Shown: positions 48,301 to 60,600 of the stretch, in pieces
Position numbering within the stretch: position 1 is the first letter of the stretch
How the letters are laid out: each line of letters starts with the position of its first letter
Source: Tubulanus polymorphus
Taxonomy: Eukaryota; Animalia; Nemertea
DNA length: 64,000 nt
Assembly: GCF_964204645.1 (NCBI RefSeq)
Contig: NC_134028.1
Coordinates: 15,693,653-15,757,652, forward strand
Direction of reading: 5' to 3'
Program-made: the position numbers and the translations under genes
Notes under the pieces: generated by a model
The model's database searches: none
What the model saw: only the letters and a program-made list of their open reading frames with translations
Told to the model about the DNA's origin: nothing

Positions 48301-49231
48301 AAATAACGAATTGTCGCGGGCGATAAAACCAAAATAATAAATTGTCGCGGGCGATAAAACCAAAATAATGAATTGTCGCTGGTGATAAAACCAAAATATT
48401 GAATTGTCGCAGGCGATAAAACCAAAATAATAAATTGTTGCGGGCGATAAAACCAAAATAATGAATTGTCGCGGGCGATAAAACCAAAATAATGAATTGT
48501 CGCGGGCGACAAAACCAAAATATTGTTTTGTCGCGGGTGACAAAACCAAATTAATGAATTGTCGCGGGCGACAAAACCAAAATATTGAATTGTCGCAGGC
48601 GATAAAACCGCGACAAAAAAAAATTGTCGCGGGCGATAAAACCAAAATAATGAATTTTCGCGGGCGACAAAACCAAAATATTGAATTGTCGCAGGCGATA
48701 AAACCGCGACAAAAAAAAATTGTCGCGGGCGATAAAACCAAAATAATGAATTTTCGCGGGCGATAAAACCAGAATAATGAATTGTTGCGGGCGATAAAAC
48801 CAAAATAATGAATTTTCGCTAGTGATAAAACCAAAATATTGAATTGTCGCAGGCGATAAATCCAAAATATTGATGTGTCGGGGGCGATAAAACCAAAATA
48901 TTGAAGTGTCGCAGGCGATAAAACCGCGAAAAAAAAAAAATTGTCGAGGGCGATAAAACCAAAATAATGAATTGTCGCGGGCGATAAAACCAAAATAATG
49001 AATTGTCGCTGGTGATAAAACCAAAATATTGAATGTCGCAGGCGATAAAACCGCGACAAAAAAAAAATTGTCGCAGGCGATAAAACCAAAATAATGAATT
49101 GTCGCGTGCGACAAAACCAAAATAATGAACTGTCGCGGGCGATAAAACCAAAATAATGAATTGTCGCGGACGATAAAACCAAAATTATGAATTGTCGCGG
49201 GCGACAAAACCAAAATTATTGTTTTGTCGCG
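45380..49231. repeat. Satellite/minisatellite, ~31-bp unit, roughly 120 copies, with higher-order blocks
   Basis: Consensus GAATTGTCGCGGGCGATAAAACCAAAATAAT; variant ..AAAACCGCGACAAAAAAAAATT recurs. Confidence 0.95.
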
Positions 49232-49338
49232 TTATTTTATTTTTGTCGTTTTGTCATAATGTCGCCCTCATTTGCATATACGTGTTTTTTTACGCATGGC
49301 CCTTATCAGCCACCACACTAAAGCCTTAAGGTCGCGTA

Positions 49339-49681
49339 AAACTCGATAAACACTTCAAGCGACACAGCGAACGATCTCCTTTCCCCCACAGCCAACGCTT
49401 AACCTAGTAGAGGCTACTAGCCTATGTAGGCCTATGTATATGCGTAGGCCTAACATCCGGACAGATTGGTCGTAGGCCTATTGAATAACAACCCACCTAA
49501 ATATCGTAAATTTTGTTTTGAAGTTCAATCCAATGAGTCCGTTAATAAACGCAACAATTATACTGTGTTTGTTTGTTTGTTTGAGTAAAGCTCAGTACCG
49601 GTAGGCCTAAAGCCTCGTCAAACTCGATAAACACTTCAAGCGACACAGCGAACGATCCCTTTCCCCCACAGCGAACGCTTA
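49339..49681 (+). repeat. ~62-bp direct repeat (49339-49401 and 49620-49681)
   Basis: AAACTCGATAAACACTTCAAGCGACACAGCGAACGATC..TTTCCCCCACAGC.AACGCTTA occurs twice. Confidence 0.75.
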
Positions 49682-51094
49682 CTCCGAATGTCAAGTGTGA
49701 GTCCAGCATACGGAAAGGATTGTGTTATATACTTGTATTTAGTAAATACCTTGTGCATTTGACAATGATCGGTATGTACTGTGTGAAATATAGAGTATTG
49801 ATGGTATTGATATGGAGGTTGAAGCCCGCGGCCGAATAAAGTAATATATTTCTTTATTTTGATACCTCGTCGACATAACAGCTTTTCTCCGCTATATCTC
49901 TTCGGCGTGTTTAGTTTAGGCCTACGACTCCCCGGTACACTTATGATTTATCTTAGTAAATACACGGTTAATTTGGTAAAGAAAAATAGATATTGCTAAA
50001 CTGACTGCTTGAAACCCGCAGCCAAATCACTGGTAGTTATAAATTAATTTGTACTCGATTTGATTCTCATGATGAGGAGAAACTCGCAGCTGATCCCCGG
50101 AACGATGAAATAGTAACACACGTCGATTCGTCGATGTTTACGGCTCGACAGTGCTTTTAAAATCTAAAGAAGTAAATTTCCAGTGTATCGGTAATATGAT
50201 TTGATGAGGAAAATGGGCTATTGTTAAAATCACTGTTTGAAGACCGCGACTGAATGTGAAGTCTGCGGCAATAAATTAGTTCATTTATACTTGAATTGAT
50301 AATCGAAGTGACAGTCGGCCTGCGGGTTGATTTCGGGATGACGACTCGAAAAACATGTCGCCCCATTGAATGGGGCTAAATTTTCGATGTTTACGGCCCG
50401 ACAGCGCTTTTGTAACGATGATTCGTGAAAAAACACGCGGGCTATTTGTAGATCTCAGTGAGCTGAACGATATTATATGGATTGTATATGAAACAGCGGT
50501 AAGGTAACAAAGCCTATGTTCTTTTGGTAAAAATAGTGTGGAAGAAAATAATAATAATAATAATCACGCGGATATCAATAGGGTTTTCTGTGAAATAACA
50601 GAAAACCCTAATAAAACGTGTCAATATTGTAATAAGAAAATTGAACCTGCTGATGAAAATACTCATTATAAATCAAAATTACATCTAATTAATGTTTATA
50701 AAATGGTGAGTATGATACCATTGTTAAATAACCCAAAGAAATATATCAAATATTTTAATCCTAAAAATAAACAATATTACATATTCTATAAGTTGTTATT
50801 TGATAAATTAGTAGCTTATGCAGAAGATAATCCTAAACAAAAATATAAATTATCATATTTTAGAAAAATAGATTTAAGTTATCTGATAAATAATTTTAGA
50901 TATCATTTTGATTTTGATGATGATGATTTTGATGAATACTTTGAAAAATTAAGAAAAGAAGCTAATATACCTACTAATTATCGTTTAAAGATGACTCGAC
51001 GGGAATTAATAAATCTACCTAAGAATTATGGTGAATTAGATATAAACAAAAAATGATTTTATAAATGTATTAGAAACAAAATTAAATAATTATC

Positions 51095-51455
51095 ATAAAA
51101 CTGTTTATATATCTATATATTAGACGTACGTAAGATTCTTGGTAAGAATTCTTACTCTTACGTCTAGTACATAGATATATAAACAGTTTCAGAAAATTAT
51201 TCTAAATATAAATTATATATATATATATTTGTACCACTGTGTAAACATAAATTATAAACATAAATTATAAACATAAATTATAAACATAGTTTTAATATAT
51301 AATTTATTCATTATTATATATTTCATTTAATAATTTATACATCTATGTACTAGATGTACGAGTAAGAATCCAAGAATTCTTACTTTCTTACTTTCTTGGT
51401 AAGAATCTTGGATTCTTACTCGTACGTCTAGTACATAGATGTATAAATAGTTTCT
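51095..51455. repeat. Two internal palindromes of copy C plus (AAACATAAATTAT)n spacer
   Basis: Same ATCTATGTACTAGA(C/T)GTACG..CGTACGTCTAGTACATAGAT stems as 18595-19220. Confidence 0.88.
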
Positions 51456-51470
51456 ATGATATTTCAAATT

Positions 51471-52082
51471 TTATTTTATGAATTTATATTCATAGGGAAA
51501 TTGTAGTCTCAGTAATAATTTTGAACCTTTATTATCCTTTAATTTATTCATATATTCATCATGTAATTCAGTAGGTCTAATTTGATTTTCTTCCAATGAT
51601 TGTTGGATAGATTTTCTATCTTTGTTATAAAATAAAACTAAAAATCTTATATTCTCCGTAAAATCTTTAACAATTGAATTATATTTTTGATTTAAAACCC
51701 ATGTTGTTATCCCAAAATGTCTCCCAGAGAAAGCTAAATAGCATAACTCACTTTCTCTCACTTTTTAATCATGTAAATTTTCACAATCATCTATAATGAA
51801 TAATGTATTTGAACCTTTATAAATATCAATTGCTATTTTAATACAATTATCTAAATTTTCTTTTACTGTTTTAGGATCTAATATGATAAACTTTTTTATC
51901 TTAACTATATCCCTATTATATGTTTTATTCATTTCATAAGTAGGACAGAATAATATTATATTATCAAAATGATTCTTATAAATAGTTTCTAACAAGTCTA
52001 ATATGAAATGTGTTTTACCACAGTTGGTTACCCCAGTAACTAACATATTATGTGGCACAAATATAAATAAATCTTTATTCAT
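51471..52082 (-). pseudogene. Packaging ATPase, copy C (internal stop)
   Basis: GVTNCGKT, FIIDD, GRHFG. Confidence 0.88.
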
Positions 52083-52461
52083 TTATTCTTTTAATTTTAC
52101 TAGATAAAATCCATTCATTAAATTTATCATCATACCATTTATATTTCACCAAAGAATACTAATAAGAGTTTTTGTTTTCAATAATTTTTCTATTTTGTAT
52201 TCTATTTCATCTGGATTTAGTACAAGTGATAATTCTTGTTCATAGAAATAACCTAATATTTCTTCATCTTTTAGATCTTCTAATTTATAAACAAAAGGTT
52301 TAGTTAATATTATCTTTTTAATCTTGAATATTTCTTCTGTAAAATTAGGAGTATAACGAGACGAGAAGATACACAATATCCGTGTAAGAAGATAACAAGA
52401 GAAATCCCACAATAAGTTCAGCCAAAACGAGAAACTTGAATAGAAGAGTTATATATATTTG

Positions 52462-52501
52462 CGCAACGTTTCGGCTAAAGACTATTAGCCATCATCAGGC
52501 G
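52462..52501 (-). ncRNA. Minimal type I hammerhead ribozyme motif (inverted copy)
   Basis: Reverse complement of 52922-52961. Confidence 0.7.
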
Positions 52502-52921
52502 TACTGAGTACAGGAGAATATTACAAGATATTTATACAAGACCAAAACAATAGAAGCAGAGTGAGTGATTAAAATATTGAAAGGGGAATAGATTAAAGTA
52601 ATGACATAACAACTAGAAAACAATGCTAAAGTAAGCAAGGCAAACTAGGGGCAATGTAGATTAAAGTAATTAATAAACAAAGACACAAGCTAAAGTGAAG
52701 CTAAGAGTTGTCCTCCCGTTTTAATCACTTTAGCTTGTGTCTTTGTTTATTAATTACTTTAATCTACATTGCCCCTAGTTTGCCTTGCTTACTTTAGCAT
52801 TGTTTTCTAGTTGTTATGTCATTACTTTAATCTATTCCCCTTTCAATATTTTAATCACTCACTCTGCTTCTATTGTTTTGGTCTTGTATAAATATCTTGT
52901 AATATTCTCCTGTACTCAGTA

Positions 52922-52961
52922 CGCCTGATGATGGCTAATAGTCTTTAGCCGAAACGTTGCG
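52922..52961 (+). ncRNA. Minimal type I hammerhead ribozyme motif
   Basis: CGC-CTGATGA-T-GGCTA(N8)TAGCC-GAAAC-GTT-GCG. Confidence 0.7.
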
Positions 52962-54189
52962 CAAATATATATAACTCTTCTATTCAAGTTTCTCGTTTTG
53001 GCTGAACTTATTGTGGGATTTCTCTTGTTAGGAGTATAACCTTTATAAAATGTTTTTCGATATTTAGATATTCTAACATGTTGTCCAATTTTAAATTTAG
53101 GTTCTCCAAAATCATATGTTACAAAGGCACCATATAAATTATTCCAAACTATTTCTGAATTATCTTCTTTTCTAGCTTGTATAGGTTTCATACCAATACT
53201 TGAATGTTTAGAATTATTATAACCTTTCACTAAATCATCTAACACATCGATATAAATATATGTTTCATTAGCAGTAAAATATTTCCACATTCTAGTTTTC
53301 AATGTTTTATTAAATCTTTCTATGATAGATGCTTTTTTATCTGAGTGTGTTGAAAAATATTCTACATCGTTATCAGATTATAGTTTTTTAAAATGTTTGA
53401 TATAGAATTCCATACCTTCATCAAATTATATCTTACCTGGAATAGCTTCTTGAAATATTGATTTGAAAGCATTTGTAACTTCTATACCAGTTTTATTTTT
53501 AATTGGAATTGACCATGCGTATCTACTGAATATATCTATAACATTTAATATCCATAAATATCCTTTGTTGTATTCTTCTAAGTTCTTCATGTCAATTAAA
53601 TCAGCTTGCCATTGTTGATCAATATATGAAACCATTACTTTTCTTGTTAAATAATTTTTATCCATTTTCTTGTGGATTTGATATGTTGGTTGATTTTGTA
53701 ACCATAATCTTAATTCACTATATTTTATACTTTCTTTATCAGATTTAATTTTATCCCATAATTCTGAAACGCTAGAATATGATACTTCACTTTCTGGGTT
53801 ATAATATAAATCTCTTAAATATTGTTCTTTTTTCATCTTATTTTAATCCATTTATAATAATTTAGATTTAGTTTATATGATTTTATCATTTGACTTATTT
53901 TCTGGTATAATAGGTTTATCATCAGAATCATTATTATTAGATTTGAATTTAGATTTATATATTACACCGGATAATATAATAACTGTGATTAACCCAATTG
54001 TAATATATAAGTAATTATTTCTTCCACTATTAGAAGAATCAGATGGATTGTTATTTGAATTAATATCGGGTGATTCATTTATATCAGTTAATTTCTTTTT
54101 TTTAGCTTTTTTAATTCTGCAGATCTTTTACCTAATTCCCTTGCCCATTTAATTTGTTTTTCAGATCTAGGCTTCTTCTTAATATCATC

Positions 54190-54796
54190 ACTCATATATT
54201 TTAGTTAATTTTTGTCCGGATTCATTTTCTGTTTCACCGTGCGGGTGTCGTGCGGCACCATCTGTTTCGTTCTTACCTGATTTATATTCTATATGCTTGA
54301 TATTCGAAAATGTTATGACACCAGTAGAAATTAATGTCATTATTCCACCTAATTAAAATGAAGCGTATCCAACCCATTTTTGAAATTCAGTCATAACTGA
54401 GTAGTCATTTTTTAAATCACTATATAATTTATTTTCATCATCAATTGGTATTATCCGTTTACATAATTTTGAATAACATTTGACAATACCATCACTTAAA
54501 GAGTCATTTATTCTAGCTAATCTTGACTCTTCATAAATTTTGAAATATTTTATTACTTTATCTGGTTTCATAGAGTCTAATTCTTTAAAAGTTAAAATTT
54601 TCCCCAAGAAATCCTTAGATTTCCCTCCGGCAATTAGTAATTCAAGATGGTGCTTACAATATAAGTAGTATTCATAATCAATATTACAATCAATATTATT
54701 TTCCATTTTGTTTGGAATATCCTTATTATCACTAATGCCCAAATCATCTAATGTTTTTTCAATATCGGTATCATTCTTATTAGATTTCTTTGACAT
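54190..54796 (-). pseudogene. Homologue of 16006-16614
   Basis: MSKKSNKN..YLYCKHHLELLIAGGK. Confidence 0.7.
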
Positions 54797-55039
54797 CTAT
54801 ATTAGAGAAAAATCGAAAAAAAATATTATAAGTATTATAAAATGATACTAGTTAGTTAAGTTATTGATACTAAATTGACTAGGTTAGTTAAAATAAAGAA
54901 TTTCTATTCGAATCTTATCAAAATATAAAGTATTCTCTTTTTGAAAAGAAATAATAGATTTTTGAAAAAAAAATAAAATAGAAATAATGGCTAGCTGAAG
55001 GTATATAATTTTTAATGTATTTTATTTGAGATATATTAA

Positions 55040-55718
55040 TCTTTAACCACTTATTAAAGACTCAACGTATTGTTCATTATTTGGATCATTGTTCCAAAAT
55101 TCAATAAATTTCTTTGCTTTATCCAGTTGATCCAAATATAACTGTATATCTAGTTAATTAGATTTAATTATATTTTCTTTCTTTTCGAGGGGCCTTAGAT
55201 TCTTCCAATTCAAAACTAGTTTCTGATTGTGTTCATCATTCATGTTGAATTTAGATATTGGTAACACGTGATCAATATGAAAATAATCTATCTTTACTGA
55301 ATAATTGTGTTAATCTTGAACTTAAACATTTTCTCATTTTGTAATTAAAATCTGTTTTGTACCTTTCATTTTGATAATTATTACGGTAATCATTATAATG
55401 TTCACGATTATCTTTTTTCCAATCTCTAATATATTCTGGATTATTTTCTCTCCATTGTTGTTTCGTTTCTTTACATTTTTCTAGATTATTTAGATAATAT
55501 TGTTTACTTTTTTCTTTACATTTTTCTGGATTATTTTTATAATATTGTTTATTATAAAGTTTATTACAAGTTTTGCAATAACATTGCCTACCATCTTTAG
55601 ATTTTTTATGTTCATTAAATTCTGTAAATGACTTATTCAATTCACACTTATAACATTTCTTATTGTGAATATTTATAACACTATTTGTAATATTTATAGT
55701 TTGTGATTGTTCCTCCAT
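55040..55718 (-). pseudogene. HNH-like endonuclease paralogue 1, copy C
   Basis: CYKC..CKTC, YFHIDHVLP, NLRPLEKKEN; internal deletion. Confidence 0.7.
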
Positions 55719-55805
55719 TTATAATACATATTTTTATTAAAATTGATTAACATGTTAGAATCCTATTCATAATCTCATTTTCTTTTGACTCTTCTCTTTT
55801 AAATT

Positions 55806-56487
55806 TTAAGTACCAGCTATATAGGTGAGTATTATCGGGCGTTTATAAAGATTCAACGTATTTTTTTTCTGTGGAAGACTATTCCATAATTCAACAAATG
55901 TCTTTGCTTTAACCAGTTGATCTAAATATAACTGTAAATCTAGATTATTAGATTTAATTATATTTTCCTTCTTTTCTAAAGGTCTTAAATTTCTCCAATT
56001 CCAAATTAGCTTCTTATTATAATCATCACTCAAGCCAAATTTAGATTACAATGTGGAAGTATTCACCATAGTTTTTTTCATTTATTTCATCATTAAACTG
56101 ATATATTATCCATGATTTTAAGAATTCATCTGTACAACCCAACAAATTAGATAGTGTTTCTGAATGCGTTTCTTTGTTGAATAATTGTGTTAATCTAGAC
56201 CCTTAACATTGTTTCATTTTAAAATTAAGATCTGTTTTATATCAACCTCACATATATTCTGTCATATAATCATTATAATGTTCTCTATCATCTGCTCGAT
56301 ATTGCTTAGTACATAGTTTAATACAAGTTTTGCAGCAATATTGAAAACCATCTTTGCTAATCTTACGCTTACTAAATTCTGCTATAGCTAATTTATCTAA
56401 TTCACATTTAGAACATTTCATGTAGTATATGTTTATAACACCAGTTTTATTTGTAATATTGAGAGTTTGTGATTGTTCTGGTTCAAT
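55806..56487 (-). pseudogene. HNH-like endonuclease paralogue 2, copy C
   Basis: CSKC..CKTC, LLGCTDEF, WNWRNLRPLEKKENIIKSN; start mutated to ATT. Confidence 0.7.
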
Positions 56488-56566
56488 TTTAATATCAAAT
56501 TTTTTTACTAAATTGATTTTAGAAGTAATTCATTTATATGTTATTCATATATATGAATATTTTAAG

Positions 56567-56650
56567 AGTAATAGGGAATATGGGGTATCATATCAAAGGT
56601 TGAAGGGGCGAGTGAGTAAAAATGAAAAAATAAATTCGAGCGTGCGAGAA
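56567..56650. repeat. Inner arm and loop of copy C terminal hairpin (outer arm missing)
   Basis: AGTAATAGGGAATATGGGGTATCATATCAAAGGTTGAAGGGGCGAG..AAATTCGAGCGTGCGAGAA. Confidence 0.85.
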
Positions 56651-57471
56651 ACATCTGAGAATAATATATCATTCCAATTTGGGTGTCTAATATTTTTAGA
56701 TTCATTTAGATTTTTAAGCAGTTCATTAGATAATTTAAAAAAATCATTCGTTGATGATGAATTAAAGATATCAAAACAACACTACCCAAATAATGATGAT
56801 TTTCAATTAATGAGATATAAAGGCGCAATACCATATTCATTTTATAAATCGCATAATGATTTCAATATAACTGAATTATTAAAAGAACAATTCTATGATG
56901 AATTAAAAAATGAATATGTTAAAGATGAAGTATATAATAGAACATTGAATATTTGGAATCATTTTAAAATAACAAATCATGGACAATTAGTAGATTTATA
57001 TTTAAAATCAGATGTATTATTATTAACTGATATATTCGAAAGGTTTAGAGATGTAAACCTAAAATATTTTAATATTGATCCTTGCCATTGTTATTCATCA
57101 CCAGGATTAACTTGGGATTGTGGTTTAAAATTTACAGATATAAAAATGGATTTGTTAACAAATATAGATCAATTATTATTATTTGAAAAATCTATAAGAG
57201 GAGGAGTTTCAGGTGTATTAGGTGATGAAGATAAAAAATTTAAATCTAGAAATCTAGCATACTGTCCAGAACATAAAACTGTAACGCATGAAGAATTATC
57301 AAATTATCAAAAAAGAATTAAACCCGAAAATCATATTCATGCAGAAAAGTTAATGGTAACTCAGGAAGATAAATATAATTATGTAGTGCATTTTTGAATG
57401 TTGAAGTTTTATTTGAATCAAGGAATGATTCTAAAAAAAAGTACATAGATATATTTCATTGAGTCAATCTA
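56651..57471 (+). pseudogene. Internal pPolB fragment closely matching copy D, with motif A region deleted
   Basis: Shares SENNISFQFGCLIFLDSFRFLSSSLDNLKKSF with 59795 onward; GVLGD|EDKK junction at ~57226. Confidence 0.85.
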
Positions 57472-57620
57472 AGTAAAAGGGATAATAGGGGTTCATAACA
57501 AAGGTCGAGAGTCGAGCTCATAAAAAAATGAAAAAACAAATTCTCGCACGCTCGAATTTATTTTTTCATTTTTATGAGCCCTTTCAACCTTTGATATGAA
57601 CCCCTATTATCCCTATTACT
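57472..57620. repeat. Terminal hairpin of copy D (149 bp)
   Basis: AGTAAAAGGGATAATAGGGGTTCATA ... TATGAACCCCTATTATCCCTATTACT. Confidence 0.9.
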
Positions 57621-57699
57621 CTTAAAATATTCATATATATGAATAACATATGAATGAATAACTTCTAAAATCAATTTTAATAAAAAATTTAGTATTAAA

Positions 57700-60600
57700 A
57701 TGGAAGCAAATAAGTACTACTGTCCGACATGTAAAATTAATATAGATAAATCTCAAAAAGCAAGACACAATAAAACTAAAACACATTTAGAGAATAAATT
57801 GAAATTAGAATATAAAGATGATATATTAGAAACTAAATTAGATGAATTAAAGAATGAAAAAGAACAATATAAATGTGATACCTGTAATCAATCATTCAGT
57901 GATAAAAGATATTATAAAGAACATTTGAAATCTAAAAGTCATATTAGAAAAAAGAATAATGATATTTTAGGTCAGGATTATTTTGATAAAGATAATGATA
58001 AGGAACAGAAGACAATTAAAAGCATAAAAAATAAATTAAACAATAAAAGACCATACATGGAAGATGTAAGAAATTATATTAATTCATTAGATAATAAAAA
58101 GGAAATAGGGATAACCGAAGCATTTAAAAGTGATATTGGTCCAGCAGCTATCGAATTTAAATTTCATAAAGGAAAAACATTAGAAGAAAATAAAAAACAT
58201 TTAGAAAATATGAAAAATATTATGAAAATAATTACTGATGTTGAATACCCTAAAATTAGTATATCTTCTAAAGTAAAGTTTATAAAATCGGAAGATAAAC
58301 CAATATATAATATAAATTCCCATTCACAACATATTATATCTAAACAACATATAGATGATAAATTAGATAAATGTTATAATGAAGTAAAAACTAAAATAGA
58401 AGAGAACTATTTTGAAGGATCTGGTTTAATATTTGATGAAATAATATTTATGACTTTACATGTTTATAACACAAAATATAATAAGTTACCTAAATCAAAA
58501 CCAATTGATGAAAATAATTTAGCGTATTATAAAGATGATAATATAAATGCATCAAGTTATATTAAACTACCATTTAAAACTTATGCTGTTATAAAAATGT
58601 ATAAAATTTTGATGATAAATGTTTTCTATGGACAATTATAAGTTGCTTATATCCAACAAAAGATATTACACATAGTTTTAGATTAAAACATTATAAACCA
58701 TTAGAAAATAAATATAAGATAGATAATTACCCAGTTAGAATTAAAAATATCCCAAAAATAGAAAGAGATAATAATTTATATAATGTAATAAATGTATTTG
58801 ATTTAATCAAATTACCAAATACAGAAGGTAATAAAATTGAACATTTTACAATAGAACCTTTGTATTTATCAAAAGATTATGATTCAAATGGTGTTATAGA
58901 TATATGATATTATGAAAATCATTATATGTGGATAAAACAAATCGATTTATTTTTTAGAACAGAAAATAACCACAATAAGATATATCTATGCAGAAAATGT
59001 TTACATAGGTTCAGTAAGTAATGAAAGTACATTATTAAATCATAAACAATTATGTGATAATCATGATTATTGTAAGATAGTTTTACCAAATGAAAAGGAT
59101 AAAGTATTAGAATTCAAAAAATATGATTACAAGAATAAAGTACCATTTGTAATATATTGAGATTTTGAATCATTAAATAAAGAATTAACTGATCAAGATA
59201 GAGAAGAAATATATTATAAAAGAAAGAAATTAAATTCTAATGAAAATGATATAATTGAATATTCACATCCCCTAATAACAAATACAATTAAAAAGATTCA
59301 TCAATCAGCTGCAGCTTTTGGATTATATATAAAATCTGATTATCCAGAACTAATTAAAAGTGAGTATAATCATTACAGAAATGAAAATGTTATCAATCAT
59401 TTTTGTGACTTATTAATTGAGTATGAAATCAAATTTAGTAAACTATTAGATACAAATATAGAAATTATAATGATAGAAGAAGATAAAGAAGCATTTGAGT
59501 TTGCAGATAAATGTTATTATTGTGAAAAGACATTTAATCTAAAAGATAAAAAAGTAAGAGACCATAATCATTTGAATGGAAAGTTTAGAGGCGTGGCGCA
59601 TGAGAATTGTAACTTACAAGCTAAGAAAATTAACGTTGTTCCAGTAATATTTCATAATTTATCAGGATATGACGCTCATTTATTTATCAAACAGCTATGT
59701 CATAAAATAGAAGAAATCAATAATCAAATAGAAAGATTAAATTCAAATAGATCAAAAAATAAAATACCAACATATAAATTTAAAATGTTAGCTAAAACAT
59801 CTGAGAATAATATATCATTCCAATTTGGGTGTCTAATATTTTTAGATTCATTTAGATTTTTAAGCAGTTCATTAGATAATTTAAAAAAATCATTCGTTGA
59901 TGATGAATTAAAGATATTAAAACAACACTAACCAAATTATGATGATTTTCAATTAATGAGATATAAAGGCGCAATACCATATTCATTTTATTAATCGCAT
60001 AATGATTTCAATATAACTGAATTATTAAAAGAACAATTCTATGATGAATTAAAAAATGAATATGTTCAAGATGAAGTCTATAATAGAACATTGAATATTT
60101 GGAATCATTTTAAAATAACAAATCATGGACAATTAGTAGATTTATATTTAAAATCAAATGTATTATTATTATCGGATATATTTGAAAGGTTTAGAGATGT
60201 AAACCTAAAATATTTTAATATTGATCCTTGCCATTGTTATTCATCACCAGGATTAACTTGGGATTGTGGTTTAAAATTTACAGATATAAAAATGGATTTG
60301 TTAACAAATATAGATCATTTATTATTATTTGAAAAATCTATAAGAGGAGGTGTTTCAGGTGTATTAGGTGATAGATATTTCAATGTAAATGATAACCCTG
60401 GATATAAGTTATTATATATAGATGCAAATAATCTTTAAGGATGGGCAATGATGGAGCCTCAACCTTATGGAGTATTTGAAATAAGCGAAGTTTTACAACA
60501 TGAAAATAATGATAAATTTGATTGGAAGAAAAGAATTTTAGATATTGCAGATGATTCAGATACTGGTTACTTCTTTGTTGTAGACTTGGAATATCCTGAA

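Larger units (their letters stand above)
43156..50610 (-). mobile_element. Non-autonomous Helentron/HINE-like element (7.45 kb) with nested cargo
   Basis: Subterminal IR GGGTTTTCTG/CAGAAAACCC; palindrome TAGGGTTTTCTGT-N6-ACAGAAAACCCTA at 50579-50610 next to (AAT)n; GCTGC-AAA-GCAGC hairpin at the other end; inserted in an A-run with no TSD. Confidence 0.75.
42545..51090 (+). pseudogene. Zn-finger gene of copy C, split by the insertion 43156-50610
   Basis: LEEIER (43155) joins NKTCQYCNKKIEP (50611), matching copy B LEEIERNKMCQYC. Confidence 0.8.
52358..53027. mobile_element. Penelope-like element remnant: inverted ~305-bp pseudo-LTR pair, 13-bp TSD
   Basis: 52393-52697 is the reverse complement of 52725-53030; TTAGGAGTATAAC at 52345-52357 and 53028-53040; hammerhead motif in each arm. 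Confidence 0.75.
52083..53836 (-). pseudogene. int: rve integrase, copy C, interrupted by a Penelope-like insert
   Basis: MKKEQYLRDLYYNP, QWQADLIDM, YNNSKHSSIG. Confidence 0.9.
33372..56650. mobile_element. Polinton copy C (left end lost; Helentron-like and Penelope-like insertions)
   Basis: Same gene order as B in the opposite orientation; TIR and half hairpin at ~56490-56650. Confidence 0.9.

Noticed and set aside
45380-49231. CRISPR array, or the many long ORFs on both strands
   Set aside because: Units are head-to-tail with no unique spacers and no cas genes. The ORFs arise because the 31-bp unit lacks stops on one strand.
49405-49925. Repeated TAGGCCTA motifs as a regulatory array or host identifier
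   Set aside because: Short palindromes with irregular spacing; insufficient to support a function or a taxon.
50538-51056. Stand-alone 172-aa gene
   Set aside because: The N-terminus comes from the Helentron-like end; the rest is the 3' half of the split Zn-finger gene.
56429-57397. Novel 322-aa protein
   Set aside because: Chance read-through from antisense HNH, TIR and hairpin sequence into a deleted pPolB fragment.
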